Shown: positions 14,216 to 30,400 of the stretch, in pieces
Layout of the letters: the number at the start of each line of letters is the position of its first letter
How positions within the stretch are numbered: the stretch's first letter is position 1
DNA from: the human T2T-CHM13v2.0 reference genome, Homo sapiens
Reading direction: 5' to 3' (one strand)
DNA length: 64,000 nt
Assembly (NCBI RefSeq): GCF_009914755.1
Contig: NC_060934.1
The notes under the pieces: model-generated
Told to the model about the DNA's origin: nothing
The model's input: only the letters and a program-made list of their open reading frames with translations
The model's database searches: none
Position numbers and translations under genes: made by a program

Positions 14216-17200
14216 TTAAGGCATTCCATGGCTTGTCAAACAGGCTTCTTAATTACAGTCAGGGACGAATTTTTTGAGAGGAAAAATAAGAGTTTCAACA
14301 TCTACTTTTGCTACAGAATTGAGCAAATTACCCAGTTGCTTTTATAATTTTATTGTGATCACTGGACGAAATATTAACATTAATTAAATGAAATGTCATT
14401 TCAACTATGACAATGTGTGGATTATTTGATGAACAAAGACTATGTACCACCTGGTAAATTATGGGCAAAATAAATTGTCTAATAAAAAACATTTACTTTA
14501 AGACCACAACTTTCTCAAGAAAATGGCTCACAACAGAAATTTATAAGTGTGCATCTTTGAAGCCACTGGAACAAATTGGTGGCTTGTGACTTCAGAGAGT
14601 GCATACAGAGCAGGGGTAGTGAGGCCAAGGCAACAAGAATGATTCCCACATACATCACTTAGGTTTGCCCCTTTTGAAGCCTCAGGTCTTCATCTTCATG
14701 CTGTTAACCATCCTGTGACTTTGGGGAGACTGACAAAGGTGATTACGTGGACAACTGAAATTATAAATCTATCAAAAGTATTGGGAGACCAATACTGGCA
14801 TAAATACTAAACCTATTGATAAAGAAAAAAATAAAAGTTATTACTGGAAATGATAATATTGCTAAACACTGGCCTGAGGATTGACTAATAGTTAAAATAC
14901 TGGTGTTGGGGCTAAGTGAAAATAACAGTGATATAGAGCTGCTATTTACAAAACACTTGCCATAGGCCAAGCTGCTAGCAAGCATCACTACAGACAGCAT
15001 CTCATTTAATCCTTACAAGATTAAAGATACCTTTAGATAATGAAGCAGCAGAAATGGGCTATGAACCTTGGTCTGATTGCAAGGCCAGTCTTCCTAACCA
15101 ATGCCCTGCACTGCTTCTACTACATTTCCTTATTCCTTGGTATAAATTCATAAACGTTTTTGTCTAATTATACACATAATTCTTGCTGATGACACACCAG
15201 TAGGATGATGTGAATTGCAGCCTGACGTAGCTATAAATGCAGTTCTTTAAATGGTACCATTGGTATTTCCCTGAAACATTCTTGTAGGTCACTGACTTGA
15301 CCAGCTGTGAAATTTCAGAGCAAAACTAACCCTCTAAAGGTGTCCTTAACACTCTGGAGCTTCAGAATAAGTTTTTCCAAAATATAACTTTGTGTCATGA
15401 ATAAGTAGCTTTAACAGTCATCTACTTTCTTCCCCAAGATGAAACACTCAAGGAAAAACTCTTATTTTAAAAGATCTACCATACCTGTATTTTTGCTTTC
15501 ACACACAGCCTGCTGGAGAAGACAGAGCTGGTAGTCCGTCCCTTCCTCTATTCCATCATAACCCTGGCTTTGTTAGGATTCAACTCTATCTGCTCTTTCC
15601 AGTGGCCATCTGGGCCCAGTCCCTTGGTTTAGGGAATGGGTTTGGATTGGTCTCCCGTTCCCATGTCAGTGAGTGATGAGGCACAGAACGGGAAGTATCC
15701 AGCCAATGAGCTATGGAGAGAAGTCCTCTGGGAAATGTTTCCCTGTTCTTAAGAAAAGACATGAGGAAGAAACAAGCCCCTCTTCTTCCTGTAGATTCTG
15801 GATGTGATACCTGGATCTATAGCAGCCACTTCTTAACCATGAAGGAAGCTAGTTTGAGGACAAAGTTAATGAGCCAATACCCAGATGGAAGATCTGGGTT
15901 CTGACTCTGCATCTTAAGAGTTATATGAATTCAAGCAAATTACTTTATGTCTCTGAGCCTCAGTTTACTGATCCATAAAATGGAGGTAATAATTTTACTT
16001 TCACAAAATGTTGTATATATCAAAGTGAGATAAAACATGAGGAATATCTGGCATAAAAATGTAGATATTATTTGCCATGTGATTTAACCTCTTTTCATTT
16101 GTTCATCACTCATTAATTCAATAGATATTTATTGAGTGTCCAATATGCACTAGAAACTATTCTAGGAGCTGGGCTATGAGCATTGCAGAAAAGAGACAAT
16201 AGCCCTGCTTTCATGAGGCTCACATCCTAGTGGGACAGGCACAGTTCATGAACTGTTGAACAATAATTTCTAAGCCTCAGCTTTCTTGTTTGTACAAAAA
16301 ATTACCTTCTGCCTACTTCACAGAATCATACTTATAGTCAAATGAGAGCACCCACAAACCAGCAGCAACAAGCAAATCAGGCTTCAGGACAATTTTATTA
16401 CGCCTACAGTGTTTTGTAAATGTTTACATTAGTTGGCACTTGTAAATATCAGATACTATCCAAATTTCCAGATTCTTCTGAAAAATTGCAAGCTCTAAAA
16501 AGATGCTGGGCTGCATTCCCTTGTGGCAGCCATGAGATGGAGCCAAGCAGCAGTGTCCCCTTTCAGACAAGTCCTGCACTTCCCCTTTACCCTATCCCTG
16601 ATAGAGTACCCTGATAGGGTAAAACTGCACACACATTTGTGTGCAGTTCCTGCGTGCTTCACCTGCCAGGCCCCTGGGGCAGTAAGATTTTCAACTTCTG
16701 CCCATACTGTGCTAACATAAATCAAAGCTTCTTAAACAGCCACGTGAGTCATGTTTATGGTATGTTTTATGCCTAGCACCCTCTCTTTCTCTCAGTTCCA
16801 ATAGAACCGGCATTCAAGAGTCTACCTACACCTGTGACAAACACACACAATGGAATAACTCACCAATTGGACACAATTAACTGCCAAGTGTTATGATGTG
16901 ATACAATCAGTTGTACCAGTAAAAAAAGGCACAACTTAGAAACTCCTGCCTTGGTATAGTCTTAGCTTCTTCTTAGGCTTTTCCATTTAAATAACCCCCA
17001 AGGTTAAGTTGTTTTCCAGTGTAAGACTATAAATCCACCTACCCATAAACATCCGGCATAAGGACCATCCTTATTAGTGCCGCCCTATGCTGTGAAAGAA
17101 TACTGAAACAGCCAGAGCTGTGCAACAGCCCTTTTAAAAAGCAACATAATGTGATGGATCATGAATTAGAAAGGTATCCACATTCTTTCAATAGCAATTC

Positions 17201-18680
17201 TATTTCTGGGAGGTTATCCTAAGAAAACAATGTAAGAGAAGCCACTATAGGCAAAAAATAATAGCTGCATTAACAATAATATATAAAACAGAAACAACCT
17301 AAATGTTTAACAACCGGGAAGTGTTTGGAGAATTATGACATGTTCAACAAATAGAAGAGTATGCAATTCATTACAATTATAAACAGGAAGCTAATATTGT
17401 TATATGGAAAACTATTACGATGCAATATTAAAGCCAAAAAAAGACGCTCATCTACTTTGTGAGGGAAGCTATGTAAAGCTTATGTAAAAGTTGTATGTTT
17501 GTAATTGTCACAAAGAGTAGGAAGAATATGTAAAAAGGAATATAATTGAGCTGGTATGATTAAGTTATTATTCATTTCCAAAACTGTGTTAAATATCATT
17601 TTACATGTAATTTTCTTAAATAGAGATTTCAGGTCTGTTCCTTTGGTGAGCACAAAAGTCTCTTTTTTATGGTTTTTCAAGGACTAAAAATAACTATCAT
17701 TTATTGATATGGCACATTGAAAATGAGGTGATTATTCAGTAGAGGACACATTGTAGGCAACAAGCCCCTGGCAAAATAAAATGTTCTGTTTCTTTACAAA
17801 AATATTAAGCATGATTAATTTTTACTTTGCTGCTGCTAAACTCACGATTCCCTTTTCATTTGTTTTAGGTGAGCATCTTCTGTTTGGCATTTCCACATGT
17901 AATAAGTTAAGAACTGATTTGAGAAGATATCCAAAAAATGCAATTGTATAAATCCAAATAAAAAATTTAAATAATCATCCCAAGATGGCTGTGGTGATAG
18001 CACGATGAACAAAGGTCTGTTGTAAGTCACAGAGTCAACCTGGGTAAAACCACAGGACAAGGAACATCCTCATGGGACACCAGGGTGGGGAGAAAGAGCC
18101 TCTCTGCAAGCATTTGTATGCAATACTATTACTAACAATTTCTCATGAATAAGCGCACTCGATCCTCACCATCCTCAGGGATAGATGCTATCTTTCTCTC
18201 TTTCTCAATGGTGAAACTGAAGCTCAGAGAAATGAAAGGACTCCCCTGACAACACTGCATGTGAGTGTAAATGGAGGCAAGTAGCTTTGGCTGACTTTGG
18301 ATGATGCACTTGTCCATCTGCTCTGAGATTTCAAAATTGTTATTGGCGTTTCTGTCAACAAGATGTCCAAGCAATACTAACGCTTAAGCACCATTCATGT
18401 GAGTGACCACGACAAAAGGAAGGGGGGAGAAGCCGACAAGGTTATCACAAGGTTATATGGCTGTTCACAAAACAACGCATGTGAGTTTCTTTCAAAACAG
18501 GTCATTTAATAGATTTATACATATTCAGAAGAAATGTGCAGGTTAGACATGGCAAACCTTGTTTCCTGGAGACTTTGAAGCAGTCTGCAATTCTCCCACA
18601 ACATTAACCTGAGCATTCTTGTAAATAATTAACCCACCTGACAAGAGACAAATATAATGGGCAGGTCTTTTATTAAGTTA

Positions 18681-18946
<266 letters not shown>

Positions 18947-21900
18947 AAAACTATAAGCAAAGGAAGCATTTACCATCTTGCAACTCTTCATTTTACTAAT
19001 CAGCCTCCAATTCATATTATTTTGACATCAACGACTGATGAATTTTACTCATCAAATGGAACAGTATTCTGCATCCCATTCTAGCTTCGGAAAAATTTTC
19101 TGAGATGAAAGAATTACTACATGATGATGTTCTTCTAAGATTACTGTTTACAGTGCAAGTTGGGATATATTCTCAATTTCACTTTATCCTCTTTACTTTA
19201 GAAAAATCATTTGCAAAAATTCTTGCTAACATTCAGTAAACTCGCAGTAAAGCACTCCATTTGTGGGGCAACTCTTTTATGTTGCCCACAGTAAAGTTTT
19301 CTGAAGATATTTCTTTTATCACTAGAACACCTACAAATTTCTTATAGTCAGTAAGCAACTAGAACAAAGGGAAGAGTATTCCTAGAACCACTTGTTTTGG
19401 AAGGCCCCCAACATTGGCTTTCCCTTGTTCTTTCCTTCCTTGACTCCTTCTATTTCCTTCACCTTTAGCTGTATTCTCACCTTATAAATTTGTCTGTAGC
19501 CACAAAAGAGATAGAGTATGATGGAAAAATACCAAGGGTGGGCATTTGGGCTGAGTCCCAGTGACCCTGTATGAATCACTTCCTTCCTGCTGCTATTTCC
19601 TCATTAATAAAATCAGGATGTTGAATTACTGATATCTGTCTTCTAAACCAGATGACTACTAACTACATCTTCCCTAATATGTAAGTTAACTGGTACAGGT
19701 AAGCACTCTCAGTAAACTCTAATTAACTTTACTCTTTGTTTACATAATAACTCTTTCAAGGTAGAGACAATTCCTCTTTGTTATTGCTTAAGAATCATGA
19801 AATTTGCCAGTCTCCTTTTTTTAGGCATTTCTGAAATATTCCTATACTATAGGTAATATTTTTTAAAAAATCTTCTGGTGTATTGCCCCTTTCTGGTAAG
19901 CCAGGTTCCTTTAAATATTCCCTTATGTCATTAAGACTAAGTCAAGAAGCCTATTGCTGTAGGGAATGAGACATAAGCTCCATCCAGAATAAATGCATCC
20001 CCAGGCAAGGAATCATGGGATTGTGTTATAGGGGACATTCCCACCACACAGAAAGGGAAAGTAGAAGCCTTCCCTGAGAGGAAAGGGAAACGGATTTTAA
20101 AGGAAGGGTGATGAGCTGCCCATGTTTCTTAGGGACTATGTTTCCCACTCCCTAAGTCTTGACCAAGGACAGGTATGTGATATGGTGAAGAGATAGTTTC
20201 CCTTTAACCTAGGTAGCTGAGGGGGAAGTGCCAAGAAGGAGGCCTGTGCTATTTGTCCCATGTATAACTGTGGGAAGACATAACTTCAGGGGTCCCCTCT
20301 GTCTAAGCAGAGAGAAACAGAGTGCCCACTGACTGTCCTTCACCTCCTAGGTGGCACAGAAGTGATGGGGGGATTCCCCCATGTTCTCAATAGAGACATG
20401 GAAGATAGGTGAGATAAGAGCCAGGGCCATGGCAAAGGGAAGAGGGATTCCATGGCAAAAGTGCTAAGCCAGATGGAAATCATAGTTGACCCTTAAGAAC
20501 TACAACAAGAAAGGTTGGGAATTCCTCCAGGCCCTGGCCATATGGAGAATACAAACCATAAGTTCCCAGCAGCAAAGTACACAATGAGGACAGAAGCCAT
20601 CTCCTAGAGAGCACCAAGATGAGTTTCACTTTCTATGCACATTCAGGAGGCCAGCAGGATGCCCAGTAACCAATACTAGGAAAACCTCTGCATGGACCAA
20701 TGAGAACTTAGAAAACAACCAGAGGGCCTGCTTGCTAACCACCTCCCCCACCACTACCACAAGGACACGTGAGCTCTCCCCTAGACCAGACACACTCATG
20801 AAGAAGGAGGAATAAACACAAGAGAGGAGAGAAACAACCCTAATAATCAGAGTAACCTCAGATTTGGCTGAATAATATCCAAAGAAAGCTGATCTTAGAT
20901 GAAAAATACTAAATTTGCAAAGACTGTTAAACATTTTTAAATTGAGGTATAACTTACATACAATAAAACATGCCCATTTTAAGCCTACATTTCAGAGTTT
21001 TGACAAATGTATCACTTATGTAATTACAACCACCACAATCAAGACAAAGAACATTTTTATCATCCCCAGACATTCCCTCATGCTCCCTTGCAGTCAATCT
21101 TCACCAACCCTGGCACCAGAATACCACTGATTTGCTTTCTGTCAGTATAAATTAGTTGTCAATATAGATTGCTTTCTGTCAAGATAGAATTCTGTCAAGA
21201 ATTTCATAAAGATAGAATCAAACAATATGTATTATTTTGCTTCTGGCCTCTTTCACTCAAGATAATGTTTTGAAATCATTCAGTTTGTTGTATGTATCTA
21301 CAGTTGATTCTTTTTATTGCTGAATATTACTATGTGTTATGGATATACTACAATGAGTTTATTCATTTGTTTGTTGATAATTGTTACAGCTGTTTCCAGT
21401 TTTACATTATGAATAAAACTTCTATGAACATGAGTGTACAAGTCTTTTTGTGGTCATATGTTTTCATTCTCTTGAGTAAACCCCTAGGAAAGAAATTGCT
21501 CAATCATAGGGTAAATGTGTATTTTAACTTTAGAAGGAGGTGCCAAACTTGTTTTTAAAGGTGGTTGTGTGATATTTTCAGTACTAAATTAGAGTTCCAA
21601 TTGCTTCGCAACTTTGGCAATACTTGGTATTTATGGTGTGATTAATTTCAGTCATTCTAGTGATATCAAATGGTATCTCATTGTAGTTTTAATTTGTACT
21701 TCCCCAATGACTAATTATATTAACCAATTTTCATATAATTATTAACAATTCATATATCTTTTTTGTGAGGTGTCTATTCAAGTATTATGCCTATATTTTA
21801 CTAGGTGGTCTGTCTTTTATTATTGGGATACAGGAATACTTTATATATTCTAGATACAAGTTATTTGTGGATATATGTGTTAGAAATATTTTCTCCCACT

Positions 21901-22253
21901 CTGTGGCTTACCTATTCATTAATTAGTGGTGTATTTTGAAGAGCAGAAGCCATTAATTTTGATGAATTGAAATTTATTATTTTTTCTTTTGTAGTTGATT
22001 GCATTTCTCTATATTAGTGAATAATTAGAAATTAAAAAGTTTTAAATACCACTTTACAGTAGCTTCAAAAAATATGAAATGCCAAGAAATAGATTCAACA
22101 CAACATGTGCATTATTTTTACATTAAAACTACAAAACAGCAATAAGAAAAATTTACAAAGGCCTAAAAAAGAGAGAAAGAGAGATACCCTGTTCACAGAT
22201 TGGAAGACTTGGAAGATGTCATATCTACTTAAGTTAGTTGATAGTTTCAGTGA

Positions 22254-22947
<694 letters not shown>

Positions 22948-25900
22948 TCAGCAGTCTTTTTTTTTTTTTAATGGAAACTGACAAGCTGATTCTAAAATTT
23001 ATATGGAACTGCAAATGACCTAGAAAAGCCAAAATATTTTTAAAAGAAAGAACAAAGGTTGAAGACTTACATTAACTGATTTCAAGACTTGTTCTAAAAC
23101 CAGAGTAATCAAAACAGTGTGATATTGGCACATTATATTAGTGGAACGGAATAGAAAGTTCAGATACAGACCTACACATTTATTCACATGGGGAAAAATG
23201 AATCTTGACTCTTATTGTCACTCCATTTATACCAAACCTATAGATAGAACATGTAAACGTAAAAGAAAACTATACAACTTATGGAAGAAAACAGAGGGAA
23301 AAAAATCTTTATAACTTGGGAATAGGCAAAGGTTTTTTAGAGAGGACAAAAGCAGCAAAATAAACTCCCCACTCTTGCCTTCATTTAAAATGGAGGCTTA
23401 TGAAGAAGTTTACATTTATTATAGCAACAAACAAGTTGTAATTTTTTTCGTATCTATATTGTTTTACGAGTAAGTTTCAACCCTACCGCAACTCACTAGA
23501 GAAGATTTCTAAATGAACTCTACTATTACCTCTGCAGTGGGGAGGTACTCTTTTAGGGTACCTTTGTAACCCTTAATGTGTCCCATTTGAAGCTCTTTGA
23601 TCTACACACTCACTCCTGTCTCTGTAGAGAAGCAAGAGGGAAACACACAGATAATATTTCTAATCATGGAAACTCAGTGTCCTCAGCCATAATCTGTTTG
23701 CCTGAGGATTGGCTGGTCCTTGAAGTCCTCAGCAGAAGCCACGTTCAGCCCATAAATATGATCATCTCCTTAGCCAAATATCAGCCTCACTCCTAGCCCA
23801 TCACTACCATACCCACCTATCCTATAATACTATAAATTTCTTTCAACTCACTGAAAAACTCAGGCTTTATATCTTTTTACATGCTATTCATTTTACCTTC
23901 AAATTCCTTTCTTCCACACTTCCCCACCTGAATTACCTATCACTCCTGATTCCACTGCTTCTATGCCTTAAAACAGGCATCTCCCTCTTCCAGATTTTTG
24001 GAGATCTCTGTGTATGCCTTTCCTGGCACTTATCAAATACATTCTTGTTATCTATTTACCTTTCTCTCTGTCTCCCACTAGACTGTTTAACTCCCAGAGC
24101 AAGTCACCTTTGCATCTTCCCCCAATTCCTCTCACCTTACCCAAACCCAAACAAAATACATGCATGCACACACACGCACCCAAACACACTGCCTGGTTCA
24201 GAATAAGAGCTTACTCTACGCCTAATAAATGAATGAAATAAGTTCTGCCTTCACCAGGGAGAACCCCCTCAAGTCATAAGAAATAAAAGTGTAAATAACT
24301 GTCACTAGTTTTTAAATGGCCATTCAGCTGAAAGAAACATGGAAAGCACTTTATCTTCATCAGAGAGGTCTAATCTTCACAAAGCAAGAAAATCAACCAT
24401 TATAACTAGAAAACGAACAGTATTTAACACAACCAGCTTCTCTCTAAACAGCGCACACCAGAGTGTGGCATTCATGTCACGGAGGTACCAGCCAGCACTC
24501 AGAGCTCAAGTGTCTGACTCTTGGAACACAGAATAAGCCACAAAGTAATAACAGTAACAATGATTATTACTATTTAGGGGCACTGAATCCACCAGGCTCT
24601 GAATTCACTGCTACATATATGTTATTCCATGTTATCTTCATCTTGACCCTGTGACGTAGGTATTATAATCTCCATTTTACAGACAAAGTAAGGAATGCTC
24701 TATCCAAGATTCTACCTCAGGTCTGATTTCAAAGCTTGTGCTCTTATTCACCGCAAACCATTGCCTCTCCCTGGCCTTTAAGCTGCGTCTTGGTAGAAGC
24801 CATAACTGTCATGTTGGATGTTGTGTCCCCAGCAACTAAACAGTGCCTGACATGTGTTTGCTAAATGTTGTTGCTAAATGTAAGCCTCTTGTGGATATTC
24901 AGAAAACGATAGATTGGCTCCCTATCACTTCACATTTTATTACTCCCTCTTAACAAGAATTAAATGTCTGCCTCTACCCCACCCCAGTTAACATCCTGGC
25001 CTATGGCTAGGAAACAGAGAGGAAACCATGTGTATTAAAGGGTAATTTTCCAAGTATGAGAGAATTCCAACATTTTTTTCTGCACAGCCTTTACAGCAGT
25101 GTAGCAAAGGGTTCCAGCTGGTAGCCTTACAGACTTCTATCCTAGGGGCAAACTCGAGTTCCAAAGGGACTGAACGTGGGAGGGAAGTTAAGAAACCCCT
25201 CTCTCTCTGCTTAGGCTTGCACAGTCTCTGGCCCAAGCACCCAATTGTTTTCATCCACTTAGAGCCTCTGGATCCTGGAGATGCCTTCAACTGGAAATTG
25301 ATTTATTTATTTTTATTGTTTACTGACATTACACATGTGCCATGAGACAATACATATATAATGTTCTAGGTGAAGAGAGACTAAGACTGCTTTTTTTGAT
25401 GTGCTTATTTTTCCTTTCTGCTTCTCTCTGCTTAGTCCTCAAACAAATCCTGGTAACGGGAGTAAATAATTACTGACTTCAACCAGAAATTTTTGGATGT
25501 TTGTCAGAGACCTTTGGGCACTAAACTGAAACACTGACCTTTGCTAAAGAAACTGCCAAAGCCTCTACATTGTGTGTGATGCTTTGAGGACAGGAACACT
25601 TTACATAAGACTTAGAATAAACAGCAGAGTGATTTATATGGTATTTGGTCTACAGAAAGGAAGAAAAAGGTACAACTCGTGATTCACATACGAGGCAGAC
25701 AGTAGAAAGCAAAATTCTTTCCCACCCTTTCAGTTCCTAATCCACAGAGCCACCGATTCTAGGCAACATCAGAAAAATGCTTACTTCTGAGTGGTTGAAT
25801 GTGCAATTCATAACCAGAAGCTTGCCCCCAACTACATTTTCTGCAGTAATAGGGTTCTGGTATAACATTGGGTGTAGTGTCTGGCATAAAGTCGGTGCTC

Positions 25901-27058
25901 AATACTTGTGTAGTTCCATGAATAAATTTTTGTGTCTAACTCAGTGCCTTGTAGAACTCTTTTATTCTAATTTTGTACTCTGTTACAGAGTATGGCATTA
26001 TTAAGTCAGATTATATCGGAGGCATCTTGGCTGTAAAGGAGAACCTGGGAGTTTGAGATGCATTTCACAGAGTCTTTTTGTTCGTCATCAGAGAGCCTAT
26101 TATTGAGAACAGTGCTGCTCTCCATACCACGATATTTCCTTCACTCTGTAATCGCTGCCATCCGCCATGCTGTTGAAATGGGAGGGGCAATGAGTCCATT
26201 ATTTCAGTCAGCTAGAAATTAACCCCTCATGTCATGGAGTACTACGGAGAACTGGTGTTTGTAGGAGTGCAGGCAGAAGAACATAGTTCTGCACTCAGAG
26301 TGTGAGATCCCTAAGAGGAGGGACCCTGGAGGCTCCCACTCCCCACTATCTCCAGTGCCTAGGATCATGCCTGGGAGAGAACAGGGACTCAATAAGCAGT
26401 TACTGAACAAACTTCCCAGTTCTCTGGTTCAGGATAATTTCTCAAATTACATGGGGAAATGGTACACGGAGCTTGAAGAATGGTAACAAGAAACCCTTTC
26501 TTTGATCTTTTTATCCACCATAACCAGCCTTCCCAGCACTGGGGTCATAGAACCCTAACTGACTACATCTCTCTGGGCACATACCTAGGCCCTGACCCCA
26601 GACCAGGCCAAAGGTGGAAACAGAAATTCACTGGCAGATTTGCCCCTTCTTTCTGCTTTTGCAAAGTGGGCCGCAGGAGGGCTCACCTACAGGGCCTGGC
26701 ACTCGGCCCACAGTCTGCCCCACATCACGCTGGCCATCACATTCCACAGGCCTGTAGAGATGTTTATTTTTGTGTTCTGTAGACTCTGCTCACTGCTTGA
26801 GCCACAGCAGGTCACACAAAGGACAAGGTGTTGCCAAGGCTGAGAATGTGGTGTACTATTTTTTTGTAAGACGGGGGCTTGAATTTCTGCTGTGAAATGA
26901 GTTAGAAATGATTTTACAAAAATTCCTTCAAGATACGGATGGTCGTTTTTGTTCCTATCCTGATAGAAATAGATATTGTTAAACCAGTTCATTCCACCTC
27001 CCTCTAGTTTGGAACCGAAGAAAGTTTGATGAACTTTTAACAAAGTCCTTGGAAGTAA

Positions 27059-27418
<360 letters not shown>

Positions 27419-30400
27419 GATGTCCTTAGCCAAACACAGCAATAGTTATATTCTTAATATAAGCCATAAGCCATTTGTTAGTTAAGAATCTGTATAAAGA
27501 CAATAAGTAAAATAAATTTGATGAATTTTCAAATAAATTTTCTTATGAATCACTAAGGCACTTACACATTTGAAGAATCATGTAACTGTGTAAGATATTC
27601 TGTCCACCAACAATATTATATGTACATATGGATTTACAGTCTCTGTACTAAGTCTATTGTTCCCTCCCAGTTCTGAGACCGGCCCCTGCCCTGCCCCCGC
27701 CCCCACCCCCACCCCGATGAAGTCCCTCTGTTTATTAAGAGTAGGACTTGTGCCTTGGAGAACATGAGTTCTTTCTGGTTTACTGGGTATATTATTTAAG
27801 GAACTGGGAAGGGAAGACTTCAATAAAGACATTGTTTATAAAGGTATAAGCAGTGTTAATAATATCTAACAACACTATATCATGATAGTGTTGGAGAATA
27901 ACAGTTACATCAAGTAGAACTTAATAAAGGAAGTGGAGTGCCTTGGGTCTAGTAACAGTGGGAAACTATTACCACCTCTAGACTTAAGGGGGCAGAGGGA
28001 GAGAGCAGTTACTAGAATCTTGGAGAGTTGACGTAGAAAGTCCCTGTTGAAGGGAAGCAGTCAGTCCACAGGATCTGACAGTGAAAGAACCAAGGAGGTA
28101 AACACATCAGCCACACCTACTCCTGCATTCCAAGTCTCAGAGGTAATTGAACCCAATGGGAGCCCAACTGATGCAGTCCATAAATGTTTTCAGCCTCCCA
28201 GGTCAGAGAACAGGGTGGAAGTGGGATGGACAGTGAACCTGCAGGGGGAAACAAAAACTGTGTTGCATACCAGTGTGATCCGTAAGCTTGCCTTGCAGCA
28301 TTCTAGGGCTATGGTAAAAAGGTGAAGTCAAGTCCTGAGCTCACGCTGGGCTTTGCCTTTAAACTAGATCAAGTTGCTGATGTTTACCAACTCAAATCTT
28401 TTAGTGTATTTCAAAGATGAAACTCATCTGTGAAACCAACTTCCTCTTTCACTGCTCAGACTTAAGCATTCCCTTAGTTTCAGCCACCTATCACCTTTAT
28501 TTAAATGGACAACTATAAAATCTGCATCTCTGCTTCCGATCTTTCTCCCAAGTTACACACTCAAATTTCCAATAGTCTGCAGGGTACCTCAAACTCTCAT
28601 GTCCAAAAACACTGGCTATTCACTCCTGGAAACACTGTTTTCTTAATGCTCTCATTGTTTCCAACTAGAAATGCTAAAAGCTTTGAGTCATTTTGACTCT
28701 ATCCCAACTCTCATTACAAGTGAATCCAACTCTTATCACTTATTTTTTGTAATCCCTTTCACATCTGCCCTCCCATCTTAATTTTCCATTGCCTTGTTCC
28801 TGAACTGAGCCTGAGCCCGTCCTAGCCTGGCTTGTTCAGCCCTGACTCTACCTCTTACTTATGGACTGACCTTATTTAGACTTCTCTGCCACTTACTAAT
28901 AGTGAACTGTCACTTAGTGTCTCAGTGCCTCATTCCTTATCTGCAGGATAGCCGCATGTTTAGTACCTACAGCTGGGGACAAAGACCTCCTTTTCCATGA
29001 TCCTGTGGGGTGGAGACTCCAGTAGATTTAACACTCCTGGCTCTTCTCCTTCTCCTCACTTTTCGCTGTAAGAGGGGTTGCTTATCTGTTTCCTTGGGAG
29101 AAATCATTGCCTACACTCACCTCACACTCTTTCTCTTTTTTTTTTTCATGTGGGATCTGCCTATTTGTAGAGAAGCTTATCTTCCTCAGCAATTCTGTGC
29201 TATAAGTAAAATAGGGGAAGATGCCCTTGCAAGGAGGCCTGTGGTTGTTTAAGAGCTGACAGTGACTACAACTTGGCTCCTTTTCATGAGCAAAGTATTG
29301 CAACCCTACTTGGCTAGTTGTCCTAAGCCTCGTGCCTTAACTATCAGTATTATTAGCCTTTAGGGTGGCATTTTGATCTTCATCTGTTTAATTCCTGTTT
29401 CTACCTCTAAATTGGCTTAGAACTTAGGGAAAATATGAATGTTTTGTATTGGTCCTTTCAAATCCCAACTCCTACCCCACGGAGTTGTTGAGAAAATGAA
29501 ATGAGGTAACCCATATTATATCACAAAGCATAGGTCCTGTCCACAGTAAGCATTCAAATAAATGTTAGCTATTACTACTATTGTTATTATAGACTGCCTC
29601 CATGAGCCTTACATAAGGGATAAAAAACTTAAAATTTCAATATCCTGTGATTATTATGATTTATATATCACGATAGTGTTGGAGAATAATAGTTATATCA
29701 AGTAGAACTTCATAAACTGCAAAAGAAGCTCTATCACCATTCTCTATCCAAAGACTTTACATAGAGGCATTTACATGTCTCCTGAGGCTGGGTGTGAAAA
29801 ATGTTCTGAAAGATAATTTATCTGAGAAGGAGGCTTATAAGAGGCCCTTTAGGTCATGATGCAGCTGTAAATAGTAACACAACATGGCTCAGAAAAAGAT
29901 CTTTAAAAATAAAAAAGAAACCCACATTCCTCTGACAGGACACCCCTCTCTCAATAATTCCAGGGTTTTTTTGCCATCCCACTCCACCCTCAGTTATACT
30001 ACTACTCTTTGAGGCCATTAAAACTGCTGCAAATATGAATACCACATTACATTTTGAAGCACATGGAACAGTGCCCTTGGCATGAGGTCAGACATATCTG
30101 GCTTGGAAACTCTACTCTGATAATTACTAGCTCTGTGATTTTGACATGCAACTTAGCTTTCTGAATCTGTCCTGCTGTGTACATTGCAGTGAATATTTCC
30201 TTTTAAAGGGGGCTTTAATGAGGGTTAAATGGCAAAATACATGTAAAAGCATCTGATACCTATTAAATATTCACATATTAACAAATACTAATTTCTTTCT
30301 ATATAATACCAGCAAATACATTTTTCATCTTCATTGATTTCTTTCAATAATTTTCCAAACTAAAAAGTAAGAGACTGTTCACTACAGTAGCTATACAGGA

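Noticed and set aside
17070-17095. Possible CTCF motif (minus cagcatagggcggcacta)
   Set aside because: Spacing departs from the core consensus; not supportable without a PWM scan or ChIP data.
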